Shown: one piece after another, positions 23,048 through 23,479 of the stretch
Layout of the letters: each line of letters begins with the position of its first letter
How positions within the stretch are numbered: the stretch's first letter is position 1
Assembly: GCA_048883065.1 (NCBI GenBank)
Contig: JBHLQZ010000009.1
Coordinates: 1-23,479, forward strand
Origin: Candidatus Thorarchaeota archaeon
GTDB lineage: Archaea; Asgardarchaeota; Heimdallarchaeia; Heimdallarchaeales; Heimdallarchaeaceae
DNA: 23,479 bases
Reading direction: 5' to 3'
Notes under the pieces: generated by a model
The model's database searches: none
What the model was told of the DNA's origin: nothing
The model's input: the letters and a program-made list of their open reading frames with translations, nothing else
Program-made: the position numbers and the translations under genes

Positions 23048-23479
23048 TTATTTCTTTAATTCTTCAATGATTTCTTTGATATTCCCAATCTTCTTTTCTA
23101 TCTGAGGATTACTTTCAAACTCTTCTAATACAACAAGAGCTTCTTCATAGTATGATAAAGCCCCAATCATATCTCCTCTATCTTTCAGTAATTCTCCTAT
23201 TTGTTGTAGATTCACAAAATGTATTCCATTATGCTTCTGTGTAAATTTTTCTCTATTTACAGATCCTTCTTGAAATTCTTTCAAATAATTAAGATTCTCC
23301 TTTAGAACTTCATCTGTGAACATTACATCATCATGTCCAGACAAGATAATCACAGGTTCTCTCGCTAAATACTCTTCTAATGTCGCAATATATTCAGATA
23401 TGTCCAAAATTCGAATGTAGGGGAGAGGAGTTTCGAGATTGTCTCCAACAAACAACACTTCATCGATATGATCGAAACA
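23048..23479 (-). CDS. C-terminal part of an MBL-fold-like hydrolase with TPR-like tail, truncated by the window edge
   Basis: The frame stays open upstream of the listed GTG to the window end (CFDHIDEVLFVGDNLETP...); EPVIILSGHDDV resembles the late MBL metal motif; tail LQQIGELLKDRGDMIGALSYYEEALVVLEEF is TPR-like. Confidence 0.6.
   Translation of the reverse strand, partial: CFDHIDEVLFVGDNLETPLPYIRILDISEYIATLEEYLAREPVIILSGHDDVMFTDEVLKENLNYLKEFQEGSVNREKFTQKHNGIHFVNLQQIGELLKDRGDMIGALSYYEEALVVLEEFESNPQIEKKIGNIKEIIEELKK

Noticed and set aside
1-23479. Defence island or antiphage system
   Set aside because: No nuclease, toxin-antitoxin, restriction-modification, Argonaute, Cas or retron components recognised; the PARP finger alone does not justify it.

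Overview
This AT-rich window (roughly one third GC by eye) reads as archaeal. It has short SD-like motifs, TATA boxes placed for leaderless or short-leader transcripts, a single OB-fold SSB/RPA-like protein, a MinD/NifX/DUF134 cluster and IorAB. A PARP-type zinc finger gene hints at an Asgard-like lineage, but this is not proven. No CRISPR array, transposase, rRNA or convincing tRNA was seen. Main blocks, left to right: (1) two missed microprotein ORFs on the minus strand, one very acidic and one very lysine-rich; (2) a PARP-type zinc finger protein, an RCK/TrkA-N channel-like protein and a small zinc-ribbon membrane protein; (3) an alpha-oxoamine synthase (SPT/KBL/BioF-like), an ATC-hydrolase-like protein and a DUF47/PhoU-like protein; (4) a tightly coupled minus-strand ABC transporter operon with an SBP, a fused double permease and two ATPases; (5) a plus-strand cluster of a Gly/Arg-rich protein, two DUF134-like HTH proteins, two NifX/NifB-type proteins, two ferredoxin-containing MinD ATPases and an MBL-fold enzyme; (6) an OMPDC/HUMPS-family protein, a stomatin-like SPFH protein, an Mth938-like protein, a GNAT protein and an OB-fold protein; (7) a minus-strand operon iorA-iorB-ketopantoate-reductase-like; (8) a truncated MBL-like CDS at the right edge. 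The strongest mechanistic observation is complementary motif decay in the two ABC ATPases. One has Gln->Glu in the Q-loop and Glu->Asp after Walker B. The other has LSAPDWQ instead of LSGGQ. In a heterodimer all these changes would fall in one composite ATP site and leave the other canonical.
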